Shown here piece after piece: positions 1-13,180 of a stretch of DNA of 64,000 bases (position 1 is the stretch's first letter; the number at the start of each line of letters is the position of its first letter). This DNA comes from Ruditapes philippinarum. Lineage: Eukaryota. The stretch spans positions 186,001 to 250,000 of the forward strand of contig NW_026852804.1 of NCBI RefSeq assembly GCF_026571515.1. The letters are read 5' to 3'. The position numbers and the translations under genes are program-made. The notes under the pieces are model-generated. The model did not search any database. It was not told where the DNA came from and saw only the letters and a list, made by a program, of their open reading frames with translations.

Positions 1-1827
1 GGGAAGTCATCAATCAGTATTTCACATGCATCAGGTTAATTCAGGCCGATGCCAATTTCTGTCGATATCTACATTTAAGTGTTTTAAAAATTTCAACTTT
101 GATTTCATATTGATTTTGTAATTAGCAAAACTGTTTGAGGTTTAAATGATAAACTTATAATAAGAGGCACCATTAAGTACATATCACCAACTGGAAGAAG
201 ACTGGACGTATATCAAGGACATTATTTTAATTATCGTACAGTTTTCCTTTAGCCTAGTTTTAGGAAAGCAGACTTAGTGCGTAAAAAAGAATCTCTTCTG
301 TTCCCTGTAGTTTTAACCTGTCATGATATAGCAACCACCTTTCTTACAATGCCTTAAACCTTGTCATTGCCAATGATGTATTTGAAATTTCGTACCACGA
401 CAACATATGGACCCACATAACAAAGTATCAATGTATTTATAACAGTCTTTGACAAATATATATCTCTTTTTCTTGCCATGCCTTATCGTGCATAAAAGAT
501 ACTCATTTATTTACTACATGTAAATATGGCCTGACAAGAAAGAAACCCGTCTCATAAAATGAATAAGCCGTGATTGATTTGCATAATTATATACATTCTA
601 AAAGTTAGCTCATGTCCATCAATATGTTGCAAATAAATTGAACATACATAATTATTTATGTCCCAGGACTTGTATTTTTCTTAACCATGTAATGTATACG
701 TACCATTGCCAGACAGGGTAATTTGCAAAACTTCTTATCATCGTGTTAATATGTAACGGATATATATTTCCATCAGATCGATTAATTTAAATCTCATTTT
801 CTATTTTTCAAACAAAGTTAACACATTTTTGAAAACTGAAAGTGAAAATAAAAGCTGTTAAAATATAAACAGCAAGCAAAAATACTTTACTCAAATATTA
901 TCATTCCCCCCTTTCTTTCCAAAGAAAGGCCATTTATACTCCTTTACTGTAAACTATATAGTAACTGAAAACTGCACACTAACAAAATGATATTTTAAAC
1001 ATGCAAACCAAAGCAGAAAAAAGGATCAATTTAATCACTTCCACTCAATTTGAGTCTGACAGGAAAGAAATTATTTTGTTTCAAAATGGATGAGCTTAGA
1101 ATAATTCTCGGGGAATCTTCTATCATTAGTTCACATGCAATGCATCAACTTAAATCTGATCCTGGACGTACCGCTATTACTGCCGTTATCGTAACGAAAA
1201 GAAAAGATTTCCGATATATTCTGAAATTTGTAAAGTTGTCTGAAGTCTGAATGTCTAATTCAAAGAGGTCATGTTAAGATCATAACTGCAGCAGAAATGA
1301 GACTATACACTTTTATGTGAATGCATTTTCATCCACTTTACTTTTCCCCTTTATTATATGATTCAGCTCTTAAGAGATTCTCGGTGCGGAGCTGGCATGT
1401 TTTTCTTTCTTCGTAATAATAACGCCTAGGTAAACAGCATATATCTAAAAATCTAAACAGACAATGCCAAATTCGTCATCTAGTAAAATACAATAAATAG
1501 ATATTCAGTTTCTTGCCATATCTTACCATGCGGAAAAAGATATCTATTTTATTAGCAACATGTCAATATAGACAGACAGGGAAAAATATATTTACGCAAG
1601 GAATAATTCATATACATTTTTCAAATTTACTCGTTTTGCTTACAATCCACGTTAACACAAAAAAAGAGGTCAAAATAAGTAAATAACAACCCTCACTGTG
1701 TTAATCAGCAATAAATATTGGTGATAAATACCGCACAATCAGTCATAAATCGCACATAACAGACAAAGCTTCTTTACCTTTCTTAAATCTTAGTACATTT
1801 TTCTCAAGTTTGGGTTTCTTAATACAT

Positions 1828-2650
1828 TTTGGCTCATCTGTTGATATGCAGTTTAATTGTAAATTATTAAAAATTAGCCAAAGTATCTATACTTTTTCAT
1901 TTCCTCGTATTCCTACGTGGCTAGGAATCAACATAATTTCACTGACTTGGTTTGTTTTGGGTTCAAGGGGTTAAAGGTAGCATAAACCTTGAAGAGATGA
2001 ATTGCTTGACAACCCATGTGTTGGTTGCCGTCATACTTTGTAGGGCAAGTAGATGATCCCTATTGAGTTTTGGATCAAGGGGTCAAAGGTCGTATTTTTA
2101 TAATGTTTCAATACAATTTACTTAAACTTACTCATGGATATATTAAATCTTTGTGGTGATATTTTGACAGTGAAATCGGCATTTTTGTGTCGGGTGATCT
2201 TGTAAGTGTGAAAAGTGCAATCAAAGGTATCAGACTCCAATAAATATTCAAAAGTACCTGTATGGGAAACCTATTGTAAATCTGAACTCTTCTATTGTTA
2301 AATATGTGTATAATTGTAGAATTCTAAATCTAAAACTAGGGTGCGGGTCATTAAATATTAGTGTTTTGATAAACTTCTGTGACGTTAGACGTCCGCAGCT
2401 GTTTAAGTGAATATGATTAGCTATTAACAATCCGTTGTCAATTTTCAGGTCTGTAATTTTCAGGTCTTTTGCTTATCCACTTCCTGTTTACCGACTTCTT
2501 GAAATTTTCAACATTAATGGTCAATAGTAGGAAATTTTCAATTTTCGTAACAGCTTTTTCAGCAACAACTTATCACAGCCTCTTGATATTTGGCATACAG
2601 CATTGACACGTGGTCCCATACTGTGGGATTCGATTTCAGGTCTGTCGCTC
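1828..2650 (+). mobile_element. Degenerate HINE-like (Helentron-associated) repeat fragments
   Basis: The core motif gatccctattgagttttggatcaaggggtcaaaggtc (~2055-2091) resembles the core repeat of the HINE at 49709-50478. A second partial direct repeat, tttcaggtctgt, occurs at ~2443 and ~2634. Confidence 0.45.
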
Positions 2651-2999
2651 ATTTTTATTTAATTCTTTGGAAATGCCAAACATATGTCTAATAACGTTTT
2701 AACAATAACTTTAGAGCATATTAAATTTTTAACAGCTGAAGAAAGTGGGGTTGAATGGAGTAAGGTGTCATAATGGTAGCAAAATATACATGTATACAAA
2801 GTAGTATTTTGACTTCAATACAAAGTACTAGTTCTATTTAATTATACCAATTGCAAACAAAGTTTAAGAAACTAATTATTTATGATATGCTTGCACGTTC
2901 TTTTTTCGGTTGCTTCTGATCATTGTTTTCATATTATAATCATATGGTTGTAAAATATGGAAGACACATCTTTCAGATCTCCTGAACTTAAAAATCGGG

Positions 3000-3175
3000 A
3001 AACAAAGTGATCCTTCGGAAGCATTCATCACAACAAGATTACATAAGAATAACAGACTCGGTTTGGTTGAGTCTGTACATGAGATTGAGTCTGTACATGA
3101 GGGATAATGAGTAAGTGCAACATCCCTCACGCCCCCTAGCACCGGCTTGGGCGGTAACTTAATAGTGCTGGCATC
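3000..3175 (+). repeat. Dispersed repeat (probable non-autonomous DNA-transposon fragment); other copies at ~7440-7560, ~24440-24540 and inverted at ~40755-40860
   Basis: The motifs cagactcggtttggttgagtctgtacatgagggataatg and gccccctagcaccggctt recur at these sites, each copy carrying one or both. Confidence 0.6.
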
Positions 3176-4599
3176 AATGATCCCGAAGAACCAGAAACAT
3201 ATAACAACACTGAAGTGAAGTACGGGTTGAGTTTTAGTTTTAAGTTGAGTTTTAGTGCTGAAAATAGGGTAACCAATATTCATGTACCACCAAAAAATAC
3301 AGTTCAATCATTTTCAATACCGTGTCATGTTAGCAATGCACTTGAGATATATAACGTGATTTCTTTGGAAGCATCAACGTAACTCCTATGGATTATTCCA
3401 ATAAGAAACAATTTTTCTTTTTATATGTCATAGTTTGCATTTAATTTTATAAGTGGTAATTCACTTTCTTTCAAAAATTGTAATTCACTAACTTTAATAT
3501 ATGAATTTAGAATTAGTATTGTTTATTAGAATCCGACAAACGTCTCGCATTCTTAAGTTTGATAGCATAAGGGGATTGCGGTTGTATCGCCAGCGATGCA
3601 TTTTATATCAGTTATGCTGAAGAATAAATGAGAAAGTTATGCAAATGCAATAGCTTAGTCGTGTCCCGATGTTAACATTTAATAGCGCTTTCCTAGATTT
3701 GTGGTATGATTTGAATTAAACTGGCTTAGGTGCTTTTTGACATGTTAACGTTGTTTTAATAAGGCATAACTACATTCTATTGCTGATTTTTTAAAACGCA
3801 GAAAGTTATTTCTAGTAATTAGACTGAAAGTTACGTTTAATAAAAACATAGTCGAGTCAACATATAGTGATAATGTATCAAAAAAGCCAGTAAAATAACA
3901 GCAATACATCTTAATATAAAATATTATAAACACAAAACAGTATTTATAAGTTCCTATGAACTTGTTAGTTCGGATGAAGTTCATAAAGTCAAGAAATGAA
4001 CCCCCTCGAATTAGATTCATATAGGCATTTTATGCAAGAGAGAAACAATTGTCAATTATATTTAGTTTAAATTGTATTTATTATTAAAGCTTTCTTCTAA
4101 TATAACCAAACATGCATTATTATTTATTCTCTTTTTATTTCTAGTATTTTTTAATAAAAACACCTAGGTTTATGTTAACTGAATCTGGAACTCAAAAAGT
4201 GTATATTGCAATAAAGCCATAATTAACAAATTTCATATTAACCCGTCACCATCTCTATTTCTTGTAAACCGTGATGATCGGGTGTCGTATAGGACACACT
4301 AAAGTTTCACATTATTGTCTTAGGCGATGTTGCTCCTCTTTGTATAGGTTTTTGAATGCCATGATCTTGCAGTGATTCGCAATAGCTATTACAAAGTAAC
4401 TTCACTTTCAGAAGTCCTTCCTTAACATTGATCGGCTACTTAGAAGAAATAAACCTGTATTCTAAGATTTAACCAACTCATTTTAAAACTTTGTATATAC
4501 ACCATTTTTGGTTTATATAATCTTATGTTAACAATTAAAGTGTTCGGCGCGGTATGGCCATTTACGAGTCAATGTGCCAATAAACCCAAACAAACAATC

Positions 4600-7500
4600 A
4601 GTAGTCTTAAAATGCATTGCCAAATTGATCTGAATTCGAATTGGGCTAATTACCGTTAGTAGAATGTAAAGTATCTACATTTGTAAGTGGATGACGGTCA
4701 AAATATTATACAAAATACTAGTTGATCAATCAAACTAACGATAACTGAAACATATTTGCATCAAAATTAATTATTTTTTGTGTTTGAGATATAAGGAAAG
4801 CAATGCACAAAGGCAATAAAGTGAATTTGAAAGTGGCTTGCATTTTGAAACTATGATTAGATTTTAGATTACTATTTGAGTATTTTACTCCCATAGAGAT
4901 CTATTGCAGCTTCTGTTTGATAATGCATCTATTGCATGTCTGGTCTGCATCAGAATTGCAATTAATTTTGCTATGTAAATATTCATTTATGCAAACAATA
5001 ATTCTTATCAATTGTGTAAATTAAATATCAAAAACTTTTATGCAAAACGATGGCAGAATGCAATTACTGTAATTACTAGTAAACGAATTGCTTTTAGAAA
5101 TTACAGCAAACTTCAATATTGTTTAAAGAAATCATCCACAAATACACTGACTTTGATACAAAACAAACTACCCATTAAATTGCCCCCTATGGTGTATACG
5201 TGTTGTTTATATGCTGTTACTTACTTTCTTACAATATTTCATATTTTAAACATTTAATCACAAAATATTAATTCTGTCTAATACGTTGCCAAATAAAACA
5301 TACATTTGCGCAAAAATTTATTGATGGCTTTTTATTTCTTTTTAGTCCCCTACCAGTTTAACCGAAGGCAGCATTATAGAGATTATGCAAGTATTTTTCT
5401 TTTCTTGCTATGGTGAAAATTCTGGTTGCTATGGCAACAAATAAACTTAAAATATGGCATATTTAACACATAAACTGGATCCAGTGATAACGCAAAAAAG
5501 TACTGAAAATATTTTTTATGAAACGTGAAGTATGTGTTGGTGGCAGTTTGGAGATTATGCACGCCTTTTTCTTTTCTTCTTTTATTGAAAGTTCTGATTG
5601 CTATGGCAACAAATAGACTGAAAATATTGCAAATTTAACGCGTAAACCAGATCCAGTGATAACACAAAAAATACTGAAATTATTTGTATGAACCATTTGG
5701 GTGTATGGCAGTCTGAAGATTATGCACGTCGGTTTCTTTTCTTCATATGTTGAAAAGAATGGTTGCTATGGCAACAAATAGGCTTAAAACATGGCAAATA
5801 TAACATTATTGGTGTTTTGTCAAAAAAAACTGAAAGCATTTTGATGAAACTTAAAATATGGATAGATGGCAGTTTGGAGATATTACACATCATTTTGATA
5901 TTGACTATAGGGGGATTATTGAGAGCTGTCTTGCTTACCGAAAGTCGGCGGCCTCGTCAAGATTTCTGATTCTTGTTTTTACGGGTTTTAACTATAAGTT
6001 CTATATTTTAAGGTATTTTCTTCAACATAGGAATATAAGTTTCTGGTCATCAACCACATCATATGTGACAAGGTTTACAATTTTGCACAAAATTTATCAG
6101 AAATACCTCCCTTGAACTTAGAATTTTTATGAAAAATAACTCCAGAATCTTTATCTTTTAATGTATCTTCTTCAAACTTCATATATTTGTTTCTTATTAT
6201 CACTCAAATCATTCGCGAGAAGGTTCAATATCCTATTTTTCCGAGAATTAAGTATCTCTTACTTAATCTTCTTAATTCCCACATCATAATAATATAACAA
6301 CGTTTATAAAGCTAGCATCCACATTTCCAGAATAATCCCAAAAACATTGAAGTTTTCTAATTAATTATTTTAACTTTCTTTTTTTTTCATGGATTTACTT
6401 TAAATTCAAAATAAACATTCATTATTAACACCTACATTATAATTATGTGATTAAATTTATATGAGTTTCAATGATATTATTTTCATTTTGAACTTGTTAT
6501 TTTTTCACATTTCTTTTTGTGACTTTTTGTGACTATAAAAGGATTTTTTTACTTAATTAGATAGTTGTTCTTTGTTACACTCACATCATGTATGACAATG
6601 TTCATAAGTCTAGCATCATTAGTTATCTCCTCTTTAAGATTTTTTCTTTGGTAACAGCCAGGGATGTTTAAAAAATTAACTTTAGAGTGTCCTTTAGTCC
6701 GTCTGTTAGTCCGTTCCTAAAAACTGTTTCCTGAGATCACTTTTAAAGAACTTGGAACTTTTCCAACAAATTTACTTAGAATAGAAAAATGAGTTATACT
6801 TATTCATCCTGAGAAAATTGGACCTTTTGGTTATTTGATGTATAAACATTATTTCCTTACTAGGCAGGGAAATTTAACTCATTACTATGAAACAAAGAAA
6901 CTAAGAACTCAAGTTTAAGTTCATTCATGTCATTCATTCAGTCATGTCATTCATTCATTCTTCAGGTCATTTATTCAATGACATAATTGAATCACCAGTG
7001 GCCCTTCAGAATGGTGCTTGGGTTCTAACCGGTAGGGGACTTATGGATTTCTTGTAATACTATGATAATTGCTTGTTCTTTTTAAGTGATAATGATAATT
7101 TCCGTCTCTATCAAAAAGATAAACCTTTTGACTAAGGTCATTTAGGATCGCCAATAATTCACTAATAAAATCAAATCTATTAACTGTGAAAATAACAGAA
7201 AATATCAAACTCACAAAACTATATATTAACTAATATGCATAATCAAGCAGAATGAGCTTTCCACTGGATCACTGCCAGTCAAATATGTATTGACAGGGAA
7301 TATATTAATCTTGTTTGTATGTATGAACCCAGAATAGATTACAGGGAACCTACCGTCTAATCAAAGCTTCATATGATGTCGGTGTTTTTAACAACAATAT
7401 CAATAAAACAGAGAAATCGGAATCTATAAAGAAAGCCAAAAACAACAAAATATAAAAATGTTGCAGGCTCGGTTTGATTTAGCCTGTTCATGAGGGATAA

Positions 7501-8830
7501 TGAAAAAACAACAACAAATGCAACATATCTCACCCCCTAGTACCGACTTAAACATAACTAGACATCTAAACACGAAAATGGTGAAAATTGAATTTTATCC
7601 CATTTATGCCTTTCTATAAGTTATATTTGCTGTTATTTTGTAATGTTTGATCATGTATCTGACCACATTATAACTTCAGTCATATTTTATTTTCAAAGGA
7701 TGAAAATAGTTCTGCACAATCCGTATACAAAGTCCTATTTTGGACAAATGAACGACCTGCATCTGTGCAATAGGTTAACAAAGTCATACTGCAAACAGAA
7801 AACTATAATTCAGAAATTAATTCTGCATGACATATAGTTCTATGTATCTTATATATATTATACATTGCAGAGAGTTTCAGTGATGATTTATTACAAATTT
7901 CATTTATATCATGCTAGACATGCACCGTCCTGCCAATTTCAACTGAAAGGGGAGACGGAACGTTATATCTAACATCATTATTCAGGAGTCATCAATCACA
8001 TTCACTTGTATGAATTACAAAGATGACAGGATATTTATTTGGCTTTGTAGATATGAATAGACAACAGTGTAGTCGGACTGATTGCAATGATGTAAAACTG
8101 TTTTGTACTTGTAGAAATGGGGAATAATAGAACTGAACTAACTGGGTAATATGTTTTTCCCACATCAATCGAAAGGAAACAATACCAATGAAGTTTCTGG
8201 CATTTAAAAGGACATACTGAATTATCGTTTTATTCGAAAGTAAATTTAAAGATATACTATACTCGACTTTGATATTAGAAAATACTGATAATTGCCACAC
8301 AGTCTCTATAAACATGTTTAACTTCAAACAATGTAGTTCTGTTGTGTTTAAAATTCTACCCACCAAATGAATATATAGTGTCATTAAAAACTGACAGTTT
8401 TTATTCAGAAAAGACCAACTATACTTGACATGTAAAAGGGAACGGGGCTTCCCATACATAGTTTATTTATTCTGTTATTCAAATTTGACATATTCATGAA
8501 GAAATTCATAGATTTCAATAAGTTTCTGTAAAAAAAATATTTTTTCTCAAGGATGAGCATAGTATATCTTTGAGAGCGCAGATCTATTTTCAAAGCTACG
8601 TAGCAGTTGATTTATGAAGATGGCATTTCTTGTATTAAATATGAAGAACTACAGAAAGTAATGTTTCTAAGACATTATAAATCGTCTTACAATTTCCGTT
8701 GCGGTAGCACTATAGATTTTTCTTACTACAGTTAACATTATGAAATGTCTCAGACAGGTTTTAATATTCTTCTGATATTTGATAAAAACTGTCAGTGTGT
8801 ATGAACATATGTGAATTAAGGCAAAAGATA
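4600..8830 (+). repeat. Segmental duplication, copy A (paralogous to ~11280-17250 and in part to ~21900-22320)
   Basis: Collinear blocks read by eye: 4610-5220 ~ 11280-11830 ~ 21920-22270; 7150-7380 ~ 11900-12390; 7720-7800 ~ 13090-13150 + 16110; 7900-8260 ~ 16210-16950; 8600-8800 ~ 17000-17250. Confidence 0.85.
5339..7077 (+). mobile_element. HINE / Helentron-type non-autonomous element with internal ~170-bp tandem core repeats
   Basis: 5' tagtcccctaccagtttaacc (5343) is inverted relative to 3' ggttctaaccggtaggggactta (7021-7043). Three ~170-bp repeats at 5379-5900 each contain (g/a)ttgctatggcaacaaata. The element is absent from duplicate copy B. Confidence 0.75.
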
Positions 8831-8999
8831 TATATCCGTGACTTTGAAATACCAATTTTATGCAATATTATAAAATATTGTAAATTATTGTTCAAATTTC
8901 ATATCTTACTAATTTAAAAGCAAAATTTAAACAAAATAAAACATACGCAATAGTCTATGTCAGTGTCTAGTCCCTTCTTTTGAACAAAACATATCACTT

Positions 9000-10160
9000 G
9001 GTAAGATCATGTGAATAAATTTAAATAATCAAAGTTTCTCTACAGCTCTGACATGTCATGAAATCAATCAAATATATCAGTGGCATAGAATAACAGGGAA
9101 GGAATTAATTCTGTTTTGAAAAATAACTGAGCTAAGCATAGTAAAGATGGAATCTATAATCAATTCCTAAAATCATTAATGTATTTTTTTGGCGGGGGGG
9201 TGATTTTCTTTTCTTTCTTTTTTTCTCTTTGGTGAAAGGTTTGATTTTTGTCAGAACTGTGGCAAAGACCTGATATGGGATTTCTAAAAGTTCTAAATAT
9301 ACCCCTAAAGCAACACTTCAAATATACTTATTTCATGTTAACATACAATTTAACATTCAAAGCGAAAAATAAATTTGAGGTCACTATTCTCGTTTTTTTA
9401 TATAACTGGACAGATAATTCACAATTATGATAAACAATACCTTATTTTTCTGTAGCTTACTTCCGTTTGAGTCAGTGTGCAAAATTTTACAATTTTTTTC
9501 TCTCTTCTCTAAACCCGTGACTTTTTGTCTTTGAAATGGCTTATTTTGAACAATTTTAAGTCAAATTGAAAAATTCTGTCAATAAAAAAAATGTATGGAA
9601 TTGCTTGTAATTATGTATTGTGATCAACATTAAAAAGAAAAAAACACTGCTAAGATATCTTGAAACATGACATATTCTTTTGTGTTTGCATAAAAAGATA
9701 TTCTCTTCTGTTCGGTGCCTTCTAACACGATAAAATTTATGTTGAAAGACTTGTCTTTCTCCCTTATCTTCTGTTATGTTAATATGATCGAATTGTAAGT
9801 CCATATGGCATAAATTAGTGACAACTTCAATACATCTAGTAAAGTTAATAAATCGAGGATATATATTTCAAAGTTCTGACATGTGTAAACAAATGTAAAA
9901 AAGGACGTCAGATCAGTCAATAAGTATAACTTAATACCATATCAGTTTGTATCAGTTTGTTTCATCATGCAAAAACTGTAAATAATCAAATATTCTCTAC
10001 AGGTCTGACATGATTAATCAAACAGGACATGAAATCAATCCACTTATCAGTGCATGGCATATATAGAATGACATGGAAGGAATTAATCTTGTTTGAGCTA
10101 AGCATAGTGAAGAGTGAATCTATAATGAATTCCTAAAATCATCAGAATGTATTTTGATGT
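9000..10160 (+). repeat. Local direct duplication (9000-9190 vs 9960-10160)
   Basis: Both copies share aataatcaaa..ttctctacag.tctgacatg, gaaggaattaat, gagctaagcatagt and aatctataat..attcctaaaatcat. Confidence 0.8.
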
Positions 10161-10289
10161 TTTTAGGGTATTGCTTTTTTATGGAGAAGAAGCGCAGACA
10201 AGCTTACTTTAGTAAACAAATTGCCAATTAAGGGGCTATTACTTTGCGAATTTTCAGTGAACATTTATAAAAGTGTTTGCAAGATTTTC

Positions 10290-10590
10290 CAAGTCTACAC
10301 AGGTAAATATGCACCACATGTTTGCTTTATGTTTGGTACCCCATATGTTTTCCATATGTAAAACATTTGTGTTTCATGTGATTTGAAAAGCATGTGTTTA
10401 AGAACAGGTGTTTTTCATATGTAAGATTAACATATGTTAAACAGGACCATATGAAAAACATGTGTTAACAAACATATGTTAAACTCATGATTATCACATG
10501 TCTTTCAAATGAATAAGTTTCATATGTTAAATGTATGTTAACTTCTATGTGTTTTTCATATGATAAATTTATGATCATATATTCTGCAAG
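10290..10590. repeat. CATATG/CATGTG-rich degenerate repeat (probable transposon subterminal array)
   Basis: More than ten CAYATG/CATRTG hexamers in ~300 bp. Confidence 0.5.
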
Positions 10591-11973
10591 ATTTACACTT
10601 GAAATTAGATTCTACATGATTATACATATATTCTTAAAAGATTCTTGGTTCTTGCATCTATATACAACTTGTAAATGTAGTAAATCTATGGGGAAAAATT
10701 AAAGTTGGCTTCACTTCCATGTTGAAAGAAATAACAATAAAATACCTTTATAAAAAAAGATAAAAATAAATAAATGATAAATATCTTTTTGGAAGGATAG
10801 CTGATTATATTTTAAATTAAGGGAAGAACTGTCAGGGGAAGAAACAGTTTATGAAGGAATTGTCAGGGTGATGAACTGGTTAGGGAAGAATAGTCTTGAT
10901 TAGGGAAGAATAGTCTGCCATTCATTTTTATTCGTGATCTTTTCTCCCTTTGTATATGTTAGTGTTTATTATGTGAAATTTTAACAATCAAATGACAATT
11001 TGAAATGGACAATAAAAGCAATGGAATAACGGAACGTGCAAGTTCATGAATATTATTCTGTACAATTTATTTATGAAAGTCTAAACAAGTCATTTTAAAA
11101 AAACCTTGAATGAGTATGCAATTTATATTAGAATGTAATGTTTAATGATTGAAAATGTATATGCATTGTATTCTATCAATGTATCTTTAACGTCTTTATG
11201 AACTGTATTATTTGCTCTGTTTACGATAAATGTCGGGATTTGGCTCATTAATGAATAATGAAAAGAAAGTTAAACATTGAAGTCTTATAATGGATTGCCA
11301 AAATGGTCGAAATTCGAATCAAGCAGAAACCGTTAGTTTAATTTAAATTTATCTAAATGTATGACTGTGAAAATATATACAATATCAACTAACGGTAACT
11401 GAAAAGATTTGCACCAAAATTAATTTATGTTTGAGATATAACGAAACCTATGCATAAAGGCATTAAAAATGAAATTTATAGTAAGAGTTTTAGATTACTA
11501 TTTCCAAAATGATTATTTTTACTAACCACATTAAAATCAATTGCGTACAAAATTGTTTGCTATTGCATTTTTTTTTGCATTTTATGCTTGCATAAAAATG
11601 TAGGTATTTCAGTAATGCACACGATCATTCTCATCAAGGGTGAAAATCAAATAAAAAAACAACAACATTAAAGCCAAAGGAAGACACAATGCAATTACTG
11701 TAAATACAAGTGAAAGGATTGGTTTTAGAAAATATAGCAAACTTCAATATTTGTGTTTAAGCAAATCAACCACAAATAATTTAACTTAAATAATTGCTCC
11801 CTTTGTTGTGTACAACTTGTTTAAATGTTGTGACTTTTTTAAACACTAATTTATACAATAAACGTTATAACACAAATGTTTTGAAACTCCATTTCATTAA
11901 TTCACTTGCCATCATAAAATAAAATTTATTAATCATTCAAACAATAAAAAATGTCAAACTCACAAAAAGATAT

Positions 11974-12212
11974 ATGAGCCGCGTCACGACAAAACCAACA
12001 TAGTGCGTTTGCGACCAGCATGGATCCAGACCAGCCTGCGCATCCGCGCAGTCTGATCAGGATCCATGCTGTTCGCTATCAGTTTATTTACTTGTTATAG
12101 GGTCTGTAAGCGAACAGCATGGATCCTGATCAGACTGCGCGGATGCGCAGGATGGTCTGGATCCATGCTGGTCGCAAACCCGTTATGTTGGTTTTGTCAT
12201 GGCACGGCTCAT
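11974..12212. mobile_element. Palindromic MITE (~240 bp), copy 1
   Basis: ~100-bp inverted arms atgagccgcgtcacgacaaaaccaaca...tgttggttttgtcatggcacggctcat around a ~32-bp spacer. Inserted in a TA-rich site; the empty site is at ~7220 in copy A. Confidence 0.92.
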
Positions 12213-13180
12213 ATCTATAAACGTATTAAAATTTCCTAATGCATAATCAAGCAGAACAAGACTCCCACTAAATCACTGCTAGTCAAATATAGATCGCCAG
12301 TGAAGACATTAATCTTGTTCTTATTTGTATGTATGAGCTCAGATTATTTTATTGGGAATACTCTTTCCAATCAATGCTGAATATGCACTGTTTTATCCGG
12401 CGCATCGAAATTCCAGCCAATCTCTGCCCTGAAGTGTTTCGACAAATAAAATCTTGATTCCCATTGCTTCTGAAATTTTATAAGTTCATAAGAGGTTTTA
12501 ATAAGTCAATTAAGAAAGAGTCTCTTTTAAGTGTATATGGGCGAAGTAATTAAAACCATCGTGAAAATAAATTTTCAATACCAAACACTTTTCCATTTGT
12601 GAGCAATTAAAGATCCTGTATGTTTTGTAATTGGGATTGCATACCACTCTTCATTAAATTATATATGTATGTAATTATGCAAATTTGTCAATCTTCAAAC
12701 ATGGAAGAATATGTAAAATATGTATTGCAAATATTTGTACATATTTAAGGTAATCATTAAATTATATGCATTCATTTCTTATTGGAAAAATTGACTTAGA
12801 ATTTATAGAAAACTAAATTCTAATTACCTCCCTTTATTTACATGAAATATTAAATTCGGTAAATAATGTTTTTTTGAAACTTACAATATCGATAAATCTT
12901 AATTTGAGCATCATAATTTGTAAAAAACCATAAAAATAATGTGTTACAGGATCTTATAATGTTGAAGAAAACATGGTCAGTTTCCACTGATAAATGAGGC
13001 GCATTAATGAATTTCCTTAAGTAAAGAAAACACAATAGTTTGTTGTCATTAATTTCTGTTGTGTAATTTTAAATATTCAAAAGATAAAATCAGTATACAA
13101 AGTCCTATTTTGAACACAAGAATGACATTTGTACAATAGGTTTACAAAGCTCTACCAACTTGTACACAAAAAAAGAGATA

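Noticed and set aside
2876-8459. 143-aa (2876-3307) and 155-aa (7992-8459) minus-strand ORFs
   Set aside because: No recognisable motifs; they overlap a dispersed repeat and a duplicated block whose paralogue does not keep the frame.
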